A stretch of DNA of 62,366 bases from a virus (taxonomy: Duplodnaviria; Caudoviricetes). Numbering within the stretch: position 1 is the stretch's first letter; every line of letters begins with the position of its first letter. Positions 17,881-27,968 of the stretch are shown one piece after another. The translations under genes were made by a program, and so were the position numbers. The stretch is from IMG/VR virus record IMGVR_UViG_3300020583_000001, positions 1-62,366 of that record. One strand, 5' to 3'. The notes beneath the pieces were generated by a model. That model was given only the letters and a program-made list of their open reading frames with translations. It made no database searches and was not told the DNA's origin.

Positions 17881-19826
17881 TCCTCCCCCACAATCACAAT
17901 CGGATTGAACACCGGCGATGGTATGGTCGGCTGGTTATCCACGTTGGTCACTTGTCCTGTCCCCTCGCCATTCACTATCAGAAAATCGCTGAAGCTGGAG
18001 CTGTCATAAATATACGCTGAATTATTATTGTTCCCTTGTGTGCTCAGATTCTCGCCGAACACCACCGAATCGGTGATTGACGTTGACTGCCCGGTAGCAG
18101 GCGCGGCGGTAAAGCTGGCTTGGTCAATGTAGTAGGTAATATTCCCGCCGGGACCGCTCGACCACAGATCCACCTGAAACTGAATCCCACACTCTCCGGT
18201 TGTGTATCCCGGCCCTGATGGCTGCTGCACTGGCACTCCCGGCGTTCCGCTGTACCAGTAGGTCGTCCCGTTAATAATCACGTAATCAAAATACATATGC
18301 TTGGTATCCCCGGCGATGCGGTGCGCCGACTGTTGCACATGCGTCCAGTTGCCAAGCGTGAATCCCACCGTCGCCTTGGTATCGATCCAGTGACCGTGCT
18401 GCTGATCCCATATCTGCCACTTGCCGCTGGCCTCGTTCCATTGCGTACCGAACATGTACTCTACGTTATCGGCGGAGGAGAACAGGAACATGTCGATCTC
18501 ATAAGAGCCGACTAGTCCTTTGCTGTCCGTGGGAATCCAGACATGGAAGTCGTTGGTGAAATTGGTGGCGGCGTTGTTGTATCCAGCGATCAGCACCCAC
18601 AGGATATTCGTATTCGGCGGTCCCGTCATCGAGAACTGCATGGACGCGCCATCGAGCGACGGGGTGGAATGGCCTGTAGTCTGGGAGTTATATGTCGGAC
18701 GCCCCGAGCCGCCGGGATTGCACGAAGGGAGATAGCAGGGAGCCTTCCAGCGCGGATTGGTCTTCCCTCCCGGCACGATGTCATCCAGGTTATTAACCGT
18801 GGTGGTGGCGGTCAGGCTATTGTAGAAATTGCTGTAAGCCTTCCCGGCGGTCGTTAGCGTTCCCGAGGAAAGTTGCAGGCCGTCTACTGAATCAACCGTA
18901 GCGTACCAATAGATTCTCGCAACCAGTGGATAAAGTGCAGTGTACCAGCTGGTAACAACACTGTTGGGATCGCCGGGAAGGGTGTTCCAGCCCAGTTCCG
19001 TCAGCCACAGAGTTTTCCCTATGTTGGCTCCGGTGAGAATCCCCGTGAACAGGTTGTATTGCAGCAAGGCGTCTCCGTTGGCCTCGCCATAAATATGAAA
19101 AGCCAGCACCTCCGCTGCCGCAATCGCTCCCGGTGCCTGCGCCATGTACGCCTGATACACCGACAGGTGCGTTCCCGAGTTGCCTACGCCCGTACTCGGA
19201 CCCTGCATCACGCTACTGGACGCTGAATTATAAGCAGCAGAAGTCAGTCCCACGGTGGAGAGGGCATGGGCTACGGTTTCTCCGGTAGCGGTGATGCTGC
19301 CTCGGCCCAGAATAATCGCCCGTGCGTCTTCGGACAGCCGCAGCATTTGTGCGTTCGTGCCCACCCATGCGTACTGTCCCGCGCCGCTATTCCGGGTGAA
19401 CTCATTCCACGGGCACCACCCCGACACAAGAATATCCGACTGGGTGTTGAAGTATTGCGCGACCGCCTTGCACCATTCTCGCCAGATCAGGTTCGCGCCG
19501 GTGCCATCGGAGTTGAGGTCGGTGGGTGGCGCACAGTATCCATCCCCTCCGGCTTGATTATCGCAGCCGGTGTTGGATGGCTGGCTGCTGGCCCATTGCG
19601 GCGTTCCGCCTAGTTCGTAGATAACGTCGTGAACTCCAGCGGTGCGTATTTTATTCAACCAGAACGCGAAGTTGGTGAATGAATAGACGCCTGAAGAGGG
19701 ATTGCACAATTGCCAGCGGCAGGTGTTGTCCCAGAATCTATACGTCGAGAAAGGGACGTTGACTGGATAGGTACTGCCGCTGTCGCCGACGATGTTCAGG
19801 CCGAAGAAGCTGGATTTGATGGCCAT
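17877..19826 (-). CDS. Clan GH-A glycoside hydrolase (GH39/GH5-like) fused to a ConA-like domain
   Basis: YRFWD, GTPQWAS, acid/base WNE, FHIY and nucleophile WLTELGW; ATG at 19826 preferred. Confidence 0.75.
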   Translation of the reverse strand: MAIKSSFFGLNIVGDSGSTYPVNVPFSTYRFWDNTCRWQLCNPSSGVYSFTNFAFWLNKIRTAGVHDVIYELGGTPQWASSQPSNTGCDNQAGGDGYCAPPTDLNSDGTGANLIWREWCKAVAQYFNTQSDILVSGWCPWNEFTRNSGAGQYAWVGTNAQMLRLSEDARAIILGRGSITATGETVAHALSTVGLTSAAYNSASSSVMQGPSTGVGNSGTHLSVYQAYMAQAPGAIAAAEVLAFHIYGEANGDALLQYNLFTGILTGANIGKTLWLTELGWNTLPGDPNSVVTSWYTALYPLVARIYWYATVDSVDGLQLSSGTLTTAGKAYSNFYNSLTATTTVNNLDDIVPGGKTNPRWKAPCYLPSCNPGGSGRPTYNSQTTGHSTPSLDGASMQFSMTGPPNTNILWVLIAGYNNAATNFTNDFHVWIPTDSKGLVGSYEIDMFLFSSADNVEYMFGTQWNEASGKWQIWDQQHGHWIDTKATVGFTLGNWTHVQQSAHRIAGDTKHMYFDYVIINGTTYWYSGTPGVPVQQPSGPGYTTGECGIQFQVDLWSSGPGGNITYYIDQASFTAAPATGQSTSITDSVVFGENLSTQGNNNNSAYIYDSSSFSDFLIVNGEGTGQVTNVDNQPTIPSPVFNPIVIVGEE

Positions 19827-19831
19827 TGGAT

Positions 19832-20335
19832 TCAGTAGTTGATCGTCCACACAAGCTGGAGAGTTTGGCCGTTGGAGTTGAGTGTCACGGTCGGTGCCAG
19901 TCCTGTTTCGAGCGCCAAGGTGCCGCCGCTGGCATAAGTATTATTGAACAGTCCCGCCATGCCGATTATCACCGGAGGAGCAGGCGTAGTGCCATCGTAA
20001 GTCCAGGTGTAGGAGAATTGCGACTGGCTGCTTCCGGTGACGTGCGATGGAGAAAGCGCGGCGGTGCGGATGAGCGTGGTTCCAGTGGCGATCTCTCCCG
20101 GCATCACCGTGTCGGTCGCGCTCGGGGTAGTGTTGGTGCTGAGTCCGATGTAGCCTGCGCCCTTGACCGATGGTGATGTGCTGAATAACTGCGCGTTCCA
20201 GAAATCCGCACCTGCGTTGGTCCGCAGGTTGTGTTGTTCGGAACGGAATCGCAATCGCCCGTCAGCGTCACGAACCTCGATCACCACATCGGAATGGATT
20301 CCCACGCGGTCGCTAAATCGTCGCCTTATCTCCAC
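19832..20335 (-). CDS. Tail fibre base/anchor-type structural protein
   Basis: GGGAGG RBS before GTG 20335; motifs HNLRTNAG, YIGLS and AGLFN typical of fibre base domains. Confidence 0.65.
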   Translation of the reverse strand: MEIRRRFSDRVGIHSDVVIEVRDADGRLRFRSEQHNLRTNAGADFWNAQLFSTSPSVKGAGYIGLSTNTTPSATDTVMPGEIATGTTLIRTAALSPSHVTGSSQSQFSYTWTYDGTTPAPPVIIGMAGLFNNTYASGGTLALETGLAPTVTLNSNGQTLQLVWTINY

Positions 20336-23300
20336 GATTGCCTCCCAAGGAGCGGTAGTTTGTATAAGCGCCGTCGCGTCCCCAGTTGCCAACGAGGACT
20401 TCAAAATCCTGTAAGAATAATTGAAATGGAGCAGTTGATGTCGCCAAAAAGAAGTATAACTGACCTTTGTTAGCCGTCAGCACTTGCAGCAACTTCTGAT
20501 ATTGCCCGCCGGTCGCTGGCAACACAACTGGCGCGGGTGACTGCCCATCAAAGCTGGTGATGACGAGGGTGATCGGCGTCGTGGCGGCGTAGGCTCCGAC
20601 TATCCGCTGGATGTGCGAGTAGCCCTTGAAGCCGAAGCTGGTTCCCTGCGTCTGCCATACCTCGCCCAGTTCAGGCGTGGCCTCGGCGATCCATTGCACG
20701 TCAAATAATCGCCAGGGAACGGTGTCCTGCGGCTCGATGCGAACCAGATGTGCAATGAACGGCGTGTTGAAGCTGTAGGAGAGAGTGCTCTCGCCGTCTT
20801 GCTCGACCACCGGCGTGAACGCATGAAGGGTAAGGGTATCCGCGTCACGGACTAGCAAGGACTTGTTGTTTCCGAAGGTATCCGCGTGCAACAGAAATCC
20901 CTGTACGAATCCGGCCCCTCCTCCAGGCTGCACCGGCATCCAGTCACTATAGCGATCCGCGATGGCTTCGGGCTTGGGAATGAAGCTCGGTTGCCAGCCA
21001 TGAATGAGCGAGGCGGCGGACTGAACAGTAAAGTCGTCCGTCCACTGCACCATCAGGCCCATGAAATTAGCGAGTAAGCCGCCGCCGAGTGAGGCCAGCG
21101 CATATTGCCGCGTAGTGGATTGCGGGACTGCGCTCGGAGATGCCACCGCCGACCCATTAGACATCGGCGTGATGAACATGGTAGGGCTATTCGGCGTGGT
21201 ATCAAGATAGATATCCCCCCATTGCTCGTTGGCGCGGAGATCGCCGCCGTCGTACTCGAAGCTGGCCACGGTCACCGGGATCGGCGCGGACAGGTCGTTA
21301 GTGGAATCCTGCTGCGCGGTTACAATGCCGTTGATGAGCCCATAGGTCAGCATGGGATAGAGTGCCGAACTCGACAGTACTGTGCCTTCCTGTTGCTCGG
21401 GATGGTAGACGACGGACGCAGGTGTGGCATAGATGTCGAGTTGCCACGCCTTGCGGCGGCGGTCATAGACGAGGGTGTGATAAGTGGCGCTCGAATCCTG
21501 ATAGGTGGCATAGAGGAAGCCATTGCCGGTTTCGAGACGAAAGGTTCCAGCGCGGGTGTAATCAGGCGGGAGGAACGTCACCGGTCCATAGGTGACAGGT
21601 TGCCCCGGCACGCCTTCGTGGGGGAACAGGTTGTAGAGATCGCCGTCGGTCAGTGAGCCTTCGGCGGTATCGTAGATCCCGTCCTTGGCCCACCATGAGA
21701 TGGATGCGCCATCGTTGCACTTGCCGTAGGGAGCTGCCAGCCCACGGGAGACAGATTGCTGCACGACGGAGTAGCGTTCAAGCCCGTCGGATTGAAAATA
21801 CATCCGCCACCAGCGCTCGGTAGACGCCACGTAAGACACTCCGTCCATGATCTCTCCGCCCATCAGCGGCTCAGTCGGAGGAGTTATTTCCTGGTTATAG
21901 GTGTCGGGGGCGGAGTCGGGGGCGTTGGATTTGCATTCGTAGACTTGGCCGGGACGGAGAGAGTCACCGCAGGCGAAGACAGTTCCGTTAGCGTCTGGTC
22001 CCCACATGTAAGGGAGGCGTTGCTGGGCGATGGCGGGTTCATAGATGGAGAGTGGAAGATTAGTCCCGGCCCCAGCATTCTCAACAAAGCGGAACATATA
22101 AGTGGTTCCCGAGACGAGAACTGGACGGGTATAGAGAGTATAGACATTCGTTCCCCCAATCTTAACAAGGTTGCCAGGGAGATATCTGAGCGCATTTGTC
22201 GGAGATGGAATTGTAACCAGCGCCAGCGTCCCAGTCACAGTCGTAGCGGTGACATTGAGCGGGATGTCAATCGACGGCCACGGCTGGTAATTGTCAAACT
22301 CCAGCGGCTCCCCAGCGGCGGCGGTGAAGTCGGAATAATTATCAAAGAACGTCGCTGGACTTCCATTGGTAAGGCTGATCTGCCCGATCTTACGCCATGA
22401 GGTTATGGTCCCACCGTAGCGGAAGATATCCAGGGTGTCGATCTGCGAGTCGTAGACGGTGGACGGAGTAAACACCAGCACCAGTTGCCGCCGGGGATTG
22501 ACGCCGTAGCGAGTCGCCGGGGATGGATTCCCTTTCGCTCCGGTAACGCTGGACCGTGGCCGCACCCGATAGAGATAAGGCGCACCGCTTGCTCCCACAT
22601 CCGGCGAGAATCCACCTTTATACGTCACCGAGTTGAAGGCTACGTTCACGACTCCCGAAGCGTTGATGAGTATCTGCACCTTGCTGAGTGTCGCCAGCGT
22701 CTTCGTCTGATCGTTGCCTACGCGGGTCAGCTCGTTGATGGCGAATTTAATCTCGCTCCATTGTGTGGTTCCAGTGGCGGACTGGGCGCTCGATGCCGTC
22801 GGCCCCTGATTGGCGCTCTCTGCTGTAACTTCTTCGTCAATAGCAGCGCGTTGCGCGACCAGTTGCGCCACTCCTAATTGAGTGAGGCCGTTCTGGACGC
22901 CGAGTGCAATATCGTTGGGACGGATGGTGTAGTAGTAGAAATTCTCAGTGAAACTGCCGTCGCCGACATCGAGCAGAATCTTGGCTTCGATCAGGTTGGC
23001 GAGGTTATCAATGTTAAGCGACAGGTGGATGTAGTCTTCCGGTTGCGCTGACGCGAAGGGATTGAGCGTATCTGGATAGGATGCCGTGCCAATTCCCGTA
23101 GCCACCGCAAACAGGTTGTCCGACGAGGTGATGCTGTTGCCAACGGCGACCGTGGGATGGAAAATCTGGATCGCCGGAACGCCGCGCAGGAACTCAGATG
23201 AGGTATGAGTGTTAACCGTAGAAGTCGTGAAACATACCGTCCCGTTCGGCCCGGTTTCCACGTCAAGCACGTAGCACACTTCCGAACCGATCTGCACCAA

Positions 23301-24812
23301 GGCACCACGGCGCAACGAGTTGACATAGGCCAGCTCGTTTACCGAGGCATCGTCGATCCCCGGCCCTGACCCCAATGACGATGGCACCACAACGCATTGC
23401 CCGGTTGTTCCGCTTAGATAAGTAATCCCTGAAATCGCCAGCGCTTGCGAGAGTGGAGGGAATACGTCCTCAACCGTATAAGGACCGTTCCCTCCAATCA
23501 CCAGAGCCATGTCCCGCTGATAGGCTCCGATCCCGGTAGCCTGCTGGAATATCTGGCCGTTGTTGAGCGCGACCAGGGTTTGCTCGTTCTGCCACTGCAT
23601 GAAGTCGATCTCGATGGGATAGGCTCCAGAAGCAGGGAAGTTGACGACGAAGGTTTCGGCGTACTGCGATCCCGGCGCGGATAGATTGGTGCCACCGAGG
23701 ACTGAAGATGATCCCGGCGCGAACGCATATCCACTGACTGCGGTCTGGGTGTGATTAAAGAAGTGATCGTTGAACGGCCCGCTGACCAAGGTCGCGCCTT
23801 GGATAGCGAATATGATTCCGTCGTCGTGATTGATATTTATCGTGTAGTTGCCGGGAGCAGGCACGAACAAAGTAGCGAGCACCACCATGTCGTAATCCTG
23901 GGTCGCGCCACTCCACGGCTGAGTATAGCCTGTGATCGCTCCAACGGGACTAACTGTCGCCCACTCTATCGGCTGCACATTGGGATCAGTGGTCCCATTG
24001 TACTGTGGAGGATTGAACATGATGGAGGAGCCGGATGCGGAGGCGGTTGCGGAGGAGGTGGACAGAGGATAGTAACGCCCAAACGCACCTTGCTCATAGG
24101 ACAACCGGGGCCAGAAGTAAGCGTTTACCGCGCCGGATAGGTAGACTCCAGCCGCCAGTCCCGCACCACCCGCTACCTGAATCGTCGTCATGCCTGTAGT
24201 GCTGGGATCGTGAAACACTCCCTGCACAGTGTCGGTGATACGAGCGCCATTCGAGAGGCCGGATGCAGTGCCACCAAGGGCGACCGTGCCAATCCCCGCT
24301 GGGAGGCTCATAAATGCGATGTTGAATTCGTTGATCCCGGTGATTGGCGCGATCTGGGGCTCGGCGATCCCTGCGTTCTGTTGGATCACCGTCGGGCTGG
24401 GCGAGGAGAATTTCTGATAGTCCGTCGAGGTTGCCACGTACATGTACGGCGTTGGGGATTCATCGGGGCGGAACGGGATCATGGCCGCGCCGGGAGAGAT
24501 GCCACCGCCCTGCATCGCTCCGACTTGAGCTCCGGTGTCGAGGAAGAGAGTGTCGTTGGCGTTGCGCGTCAGGAACCTTGGCTTGTTGTCAGTGTTGAGA
24601 GTCGAGTAGGCGCGGAGGTCGGTGATGTTCGATCCGTTGGTCGAGAAGAGTTGGACCATGCCGGGACGGGTACGCATGGACGAATCTGAGACGGAACGGA
24701 CGTTGACTAGAGCGGCGTATTTGTTCGGCGGGATGTTATCGGGAACGGAGTTGGTCTTGAGCCCGCCGTTGACATAGCGGAAGCCTTCCGATGGCCGCTT
24801 GTAGTCGCTCAC
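20313..24812 (-). CDS. Large tail protein (podovirus nozzle/stabilisation, P22 gp10-like) with a PA14 insertion
   Basis: 1499 aa; N-terminal GGL...NV...RPG pattern; PA14 signature VPAPGNYTININHDDG; follows the adaptor. Confidence 0.65.
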   Translation of the reverse strand: MSDYKRPSEGFRYVNGGLKTNSVPDNIPPNKYAALVNVRSVSDSSMRTRPGMVQLFSTNGSNITDLRAYSTLNTDNKPRFLTRNANDTLFLDTGAQVGAMQGGGISPGAAMIPFRPDESPTPYMYVATSTDYQKFSSPSPTVIQQNAGIAEPQIAPITGINEFNIAFMSLPAGIGTVALGGTASGLSNGARITDTVQGVFHDPSTTGMTTIQVAGGAGLAAGVYLSGAVNAYFWPRLSYEQGAFGRYYPLSTSSATASASGSSIMFNPPQYNGTTDPNVQPIEWATVSPVGAITGYTQPWSGATQDYDMVVLATLFVPAPGNYTININHDDGIIFAIQGATLVSGPFNDHFFNHTQTAVSGYAFAPGSSSVLGGTNLSAPGSQYAETFVVNFPASGAYPIEIDFMQWQNEQTLVALNNGQIFQQATGIGAYQRDMALVIGGNGPYTVEDVFPPLSQALAISGITYLSGTTGQCVVVPSSLGSGPGIDDASVNELAYVNSLRRGALVQIGSEVCYVLDVETGPNGTVCFTTSTVNTHTSSEFLRGVPAIQIFHPTVAVGNSITSSDNLFAVATGIGTASYPDTLNPFASAQPEDYIHLSLNIDNLANLIEAKILLDVGDGSFTENFYYYTIRPNDIALGVQNGLTQLGVAQLVAQRAAIDEEVTAESANQGPTASSAQSATGTTQWSEIKFAINELTRVGNDQTKTLATLSKVQILINASGVVNVAFNSVTYKGGFSPDVGASGAPYLYRVRPRSSVTGAKGNPSPATRYGVNPRRQLVLVFTPSTVYDSQIDTLDIFRYGGTITSWRKIGQISLTNGSPATFFDNYSDFTAAAGEPLEFDNYQPWPSIDIPLNVTATTVTGTLALVTIPSPTNALRYLPGNLVKIGGTNVYTLYTRPVLVSGTTYMFRFVENAGAGTNLPLSIYEPAIAQQRLPYMWGPDANGTVFACGDSLRPGQVYECKSNAPDSAPDTYNQEITPPTEPLMGGEIMDGVSYVASTERWWRMYFQSDGLERYSVVQQSVSRGLAAPYGKCNDGASISWWAKDGIYDTAEGSLTDGDLYNLFPHEGVPGQPVTYGPVTFLPPDYTRAGTFRLETGNGFLYATYQDSSATYHTLVYDRRRKAWQLDIYATPASVVYHPEQQEGTVLSSSALYPMLTYGLINGIVTAQQDSTNDLSAPIPVTVASFEYDGGDLRANEQWGDIYLDTTPNSPTMFITPMSNGSAVASPSAVPQSTTRQYALASLGGGLLANFMGLMVQWTDDFTVQSAASLIHGWQPSFIPKPEAIADRYSDWMPVQPGGGAGFVQGFLLHADTFGNNKSLLVRDADTLTLHAFTPVVEQDGESTLSYSFNTPFIAHLVRIEPQDTVPWRLFDVQWIAEATPELGEVWQTQGTSFGFKGYSHIQRIVGAYAATTPITLVITSFDGQSPAPVVLPATGGQYQKLLQVLTANKGQLYFFLATSTAPFQLFLQDFEVLVGNWGRDGAYTNYRSLGGNRGDKATI

Positions 24813-26455
24813 TGACTTCCTCCCGCCGCTGGATCGCTGTCAGGAGTATAACGTGGATTCATGTTAGCTTCGTTCTGCGACATCCCGTAGAGAATCTTTG
24901 TGAACTCACCTTGCTCGGCCAGTTTGGAGGAATATAACGCTGCCATCTGCATAAAGCGTTGCAATAGCGATTCCGTCATCGTAAATTCCTCGCCGCCCAT
25001 CTTAAAGGCCGCGAGGTGCTGAGCGTAGTCAATTATAACGTCGTACACGTCCTGCGTCAGTTGCAGGCAGTCCGTCAGGTTCACTGGGATGGGAGCGTTC
25101 TCCACCACGGTCGTCGTGATCGAATATGGACCCGCATCGGGTGGCGGCGACAACGCAACCAGATTCAATCCTGCCGTCAGTCCCTCCTGCGGCGACCCCT
25201 GCGCCGATCCCTGCCAGAGAGGGTTATAGAGGTCGGCGGATTTGACGGCATCCACTTGAAGAGGGATGTTATTGCTGCGAAGGGCGAGGACTGCTGAAGC
25301 CGCCGCCAGAAGTTGCAGACCTTGCTTATAACGGCCTTCGCAATACTTGGCGCGAAGCAGATCCTTGGCATTCGATTCCCTCCCCAAGAGATCCGCCAGC
25401 GCTCCCCATTTCACTATCCACGCCCAGTCGTCAGGGATGCTCAAGGTGGATGGGCAGGCGACTCCTTCATTAACCGAATAGCCGCTCTCGATAGTCAGCA
25501 GATCGTACTGACCGGGGACTGGCGGCGTATCCACGTCGAACGACAGCAATGGCTGTGTGCTTACGAGATAAAGTTGCGGTGTCCCTTGCGGCTGGGTGGT
25601 CGAGTAAGGCTCGTAAGCATTCATCCCCCAAGTGTCGTCTTGGAACATCAGTGACATCGCGCCTTGTTCGGGAAAAAAGGCTACGCGGCGGAGGTCCAGC
25701 ACCGATGCGGATAAGAGGGTGCGACCGGGATCGGCGGGGGCTTGGCGGTGGGTGTAAGTGCAGCCGGTGACGCCCAGAGTTTCATCGCGGCGGCGGGTGA
25801 TCGCTGATTCGATGTCGGAGACGTTGAACTGGAGTGAGCCAGTCCACAAGCCAAGGCCGGTCACAGGCTCCAGCAGATGATATTCCATGACGGTTGCCAG
25901 CGTAGCGATGGTTTGGTTCAGTGAGCGCAGAGTATTCGGCGCGATGGTCGAGTCGGTGATGTCGTAGAAGGTGACACCCTGCTGCGACTGAAAGGTGAAG
26001 TCGCCACGCCAGTACGAGGTCAGTGCATTCCACGTTTGCATCGCCTCTTGGATATAGATGATAAGTTCCGGTTGCGACCAGAACTGCATCGTTGGGTCAT
26101 AAAGCCGGTCGGCAAGCGCAGCCAGAGCGTCAGAGAGGGCGAAGGCGCATAGCGTGGCCGCGACGATATCCACCACGCCAAGATTGACCTGAATCCCATA
26201 GAGATTGCCGTTGGGAGAATAAACCAGCAACTCCGATTGAGCGCAGATAGTATTGACCGAGGTCTGCTGAAGCACCCCGGTCGTAGTGATTGTTAACCGC
26301 CATGTCACCGCCTGCGAGACATCGTTGAGAAATATCCCGGTTACCGCTGCAACATTGGATACCTTGGAGTATTGAATTACCGGATCATTCGTGACTGTAA
26401 CCTGCCACGCTTGTCCGCTAGGATCGAGGAGATAGATAAGGGGAACAGTTTCCAC
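24809..26455 (-). CDS. Head-tail adaptor-like structural protein with three N-terminal beta repeats
   Basis: LADRLYD...FWSQPELIIYIQEA adaptor-like helix; duplicated connector-like domains. Confidence 0.55.
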   Translation of the reverse strand: METVPLIYLLDPSGQAWQVTVTNDPVIQYSKVSNVAAVTGIFLNDVSQAVTWRLTITTTGVLQQTSVNTICAQSELLVYSPNGNLYGIQVNLGVVDIVAATLCAFALSDALAALADRLYDPTMQFWSQPELIIYIQEAMQTWNALTSYWRGDFTFQSQQGVTFYDITDSTIAPNTLRSLNQTIATLATVMEYHLLEPVTGLGLWTGSLQFNVSDIESAITRRRDETLGVTGCTYTHRQAPADPGRTLLSASVLDLRRVAFFPEQGAMSLMFQDDTWGMNAYEPYSTTQPQGTPQLYLVSTQPLLSFDVDTPPVPGQYDLLTIESGYSVNEGVACPSTLSIPDDWAWIVKWGALADLLGRESNAKDLLRAKYCEGRYKQGLQLLAAASAVLALRSNNIPLQVDAVKSADLYNPLWQGSAQGSPQEGLTAGLNLVALSPPPDAGPYSITTTVVENAPIPVNLTDCLQLTQDVYDVIIDYAQHLAAFKMGGEEFTMTESLLQRFMQMAALYSSKLAEQGEFTKILYGMSQNEANMNPRYTPDSDPAAGGSQ

Positions 26456-26461
26456 AAGTTG

Positions 26462-27652
26462 CTAAGTCCTCCCTCGGCATTCATAGTCCACAGTGATGGA
26501 CACTGAGGATGAATCGGTCAGGGTCAGCGTGGTAGTGTTCAGGGTGCTAATCCAGATGCGTCCGACTGGATCAGCCAGCGGGGTGATAGTGCAGATTGGA
26601 GCGGTAGCATAAGTCCCGGTGAAAGTGTAAGAGTTAGAAGTGGTGGAAGCTGAGAACGTAAGTTGCCCCGCTGCGTCTGTATTAGACGAGGTGCCTGTTC
26701 GCGTGCCGCTATTGGTCACGTTATTGCCTAAAAACACAGGAGCGTTGTTGACATAGAGGCCATAATTAGTGGCATGGCCGGAGTATGAAGTCTGGGCGTC
26801 AATATAGACCCCATAGAATGATGCGCTGGTGTTATTGCCGAGTCCCTGATCTCCCACATACATTCCCATCAGCGTGCCAACGCACAACGGACCACCGCAG
26901 ATAGACTCTCCGGTCTGCGGCTCTATATAGACTCCGTATTCGTTGGTCACGGGATCGGACACCGCTGATCCTGAAGGCACTACGTCCAGCACCATCGCTT
27001 GGGTTACCGTCCCTCCGAGACTGGTCATCTCATTGGTAGCTTGCCCTGAGAACGCCGCTACTTTAGAGACTGTGGCAGTTCCAGAAATAGCGCCTCCCGG
27101 CCACGCCTCGGACTGAACTCCGATGATCGCGTTGGCGGTTCCACCGTTGGCCATAGTTTGCAGGGTGAAGTTGGATATCCCAGCTATAGTTCCAGCGGCA
27201 CCGGCGTTGCTGGTAGTGTGATTCTCGACGAACACAGCAGCGTTCGCTCCATATCCTCCGGTAGGAGTGCCAGTACGAGAAAAGCTAATATTGAGATTAT
27301 TGATGCCGCTGGCTACGGCGGGATATGAGAGATAGAAGGGCTCAGTGGTATCCGCTACCTGCGTTCCATTATCGGAAACCGACGAATCTTGTACGGTGGT
27401 GGGAGTTACGAACACCGGAAGGTAGGGGCTGGCGCAGGTGTCCCCACTGGCGCAAGTGATACCACTGCCACTACTGGTTGGGCAAGGAGCGCTGGTAGTG
27501 GTTACGAAGCCGAATATGGAATCGGCCTGGACACAGTTGCCGGAGGTCCAGTTGGAATTGTAAGCGCCGCCGTGGATAGTGGCGTTAGTATTGATGACTT
27601 GGGCGGAGCAGCCAACGGTCAGGAGGACGAGTGCCAGCCATAGCCATCTCAT
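26462..27652 (-). CDS. Secreted (possibly lipidated) fibre-like protein
   Basis: Signal peptide MRWLWLALVLLTVGCSA; YGVYI beta repeats; C-terminal FTGTYATAPICTIT fibre-tip motif. Confidence 0.65.
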   Translation of the reverse strand: MRWLWLALVLLTVGCSAQVINTNATIHGGAYNSNWTSGNCVQADSIFGFVTTTSAPCPTSSGSGITCASGDTCASPYLPVFVTPTTVQDSSVSDNGTQVADTTEPFYLSYPAVASGINNLNISFSRTGTPTGGYGANAAVFVENHTTSNAGAAGTIAGISNFTLQTMANGGTANAIIGVQSEAWPGGAISGTATVSKVAAFSGQATNEMTSLGGTVTQAMVLDVVPSGSAVSDPVTNEYGVYIEPQTGESICGGPLCVGTLMGMYVGDQGLGNNTSASFYGVYIDAQTSYSGHATNYGLYVNNAPVFLGNNVTNSGTRTGTSSNTDAAGQLTFSASTTSNSYTFTGTYATAPICTITPLADPVGRIWISTLNTTTLTLTDSSSVSITVDYECRGRT

Positions 27653-27804
27653 TTGCTGCCTCCCTTGCGCTTGGACTTCTTCTTCGACTTCTGTTTATTT
27701 TCAGTTGCGTAAAATACTCTCTTGGCCGTCTCGGGATCGTAGGTCTTTTTCATTGACGACATCACTTCGTCGCCGTGACCTTTGTAATGTTCCGAGACTG
27801 GCAT
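27649..27804 (-). CDS. Small basic protein (51 aa)
   Basis: Translated by hand: MPVSEHYKGHGDEVMSSMKKTY...VFYATENK...KRKGGSK; coupled to the next gene. Confidence 0.7.
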   Translation of the reverse strand: MPVSEHYKGHGDEVMSSMKKTYDPETAKRVFYATENKQKSKKKSKRKGGSK

Positions 27805-27805
27805 C

Positions 27806-27958
27806 CTACTTCTCCTCTGGCTCCGACTCCCTCCCCGTCTCGGAATCGTGCCGCTCGGTGTGAGTCTTGGTAAGACCGAGAGTGGGACGCTCGGCGATGT
27901 CCTTGACGTTCATACCGTCGCGCTCGCAGGACCAGGGGTAGCCTTCTTTGTTCGCCAT
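27806..27958 (-). CDS. Small hypothetical protein (50 aa)
   Basis: AGGAGG RBS; MANKEGYPWSCERDG... Confidence 0.6.
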   Translation of the reverse strand: MANKEGYPWSCERDGMNVKDIAERPTLGLTKTHTERHDSETGRESEPEEK

Positions 27959-27968
27959 TGCCGACCTC

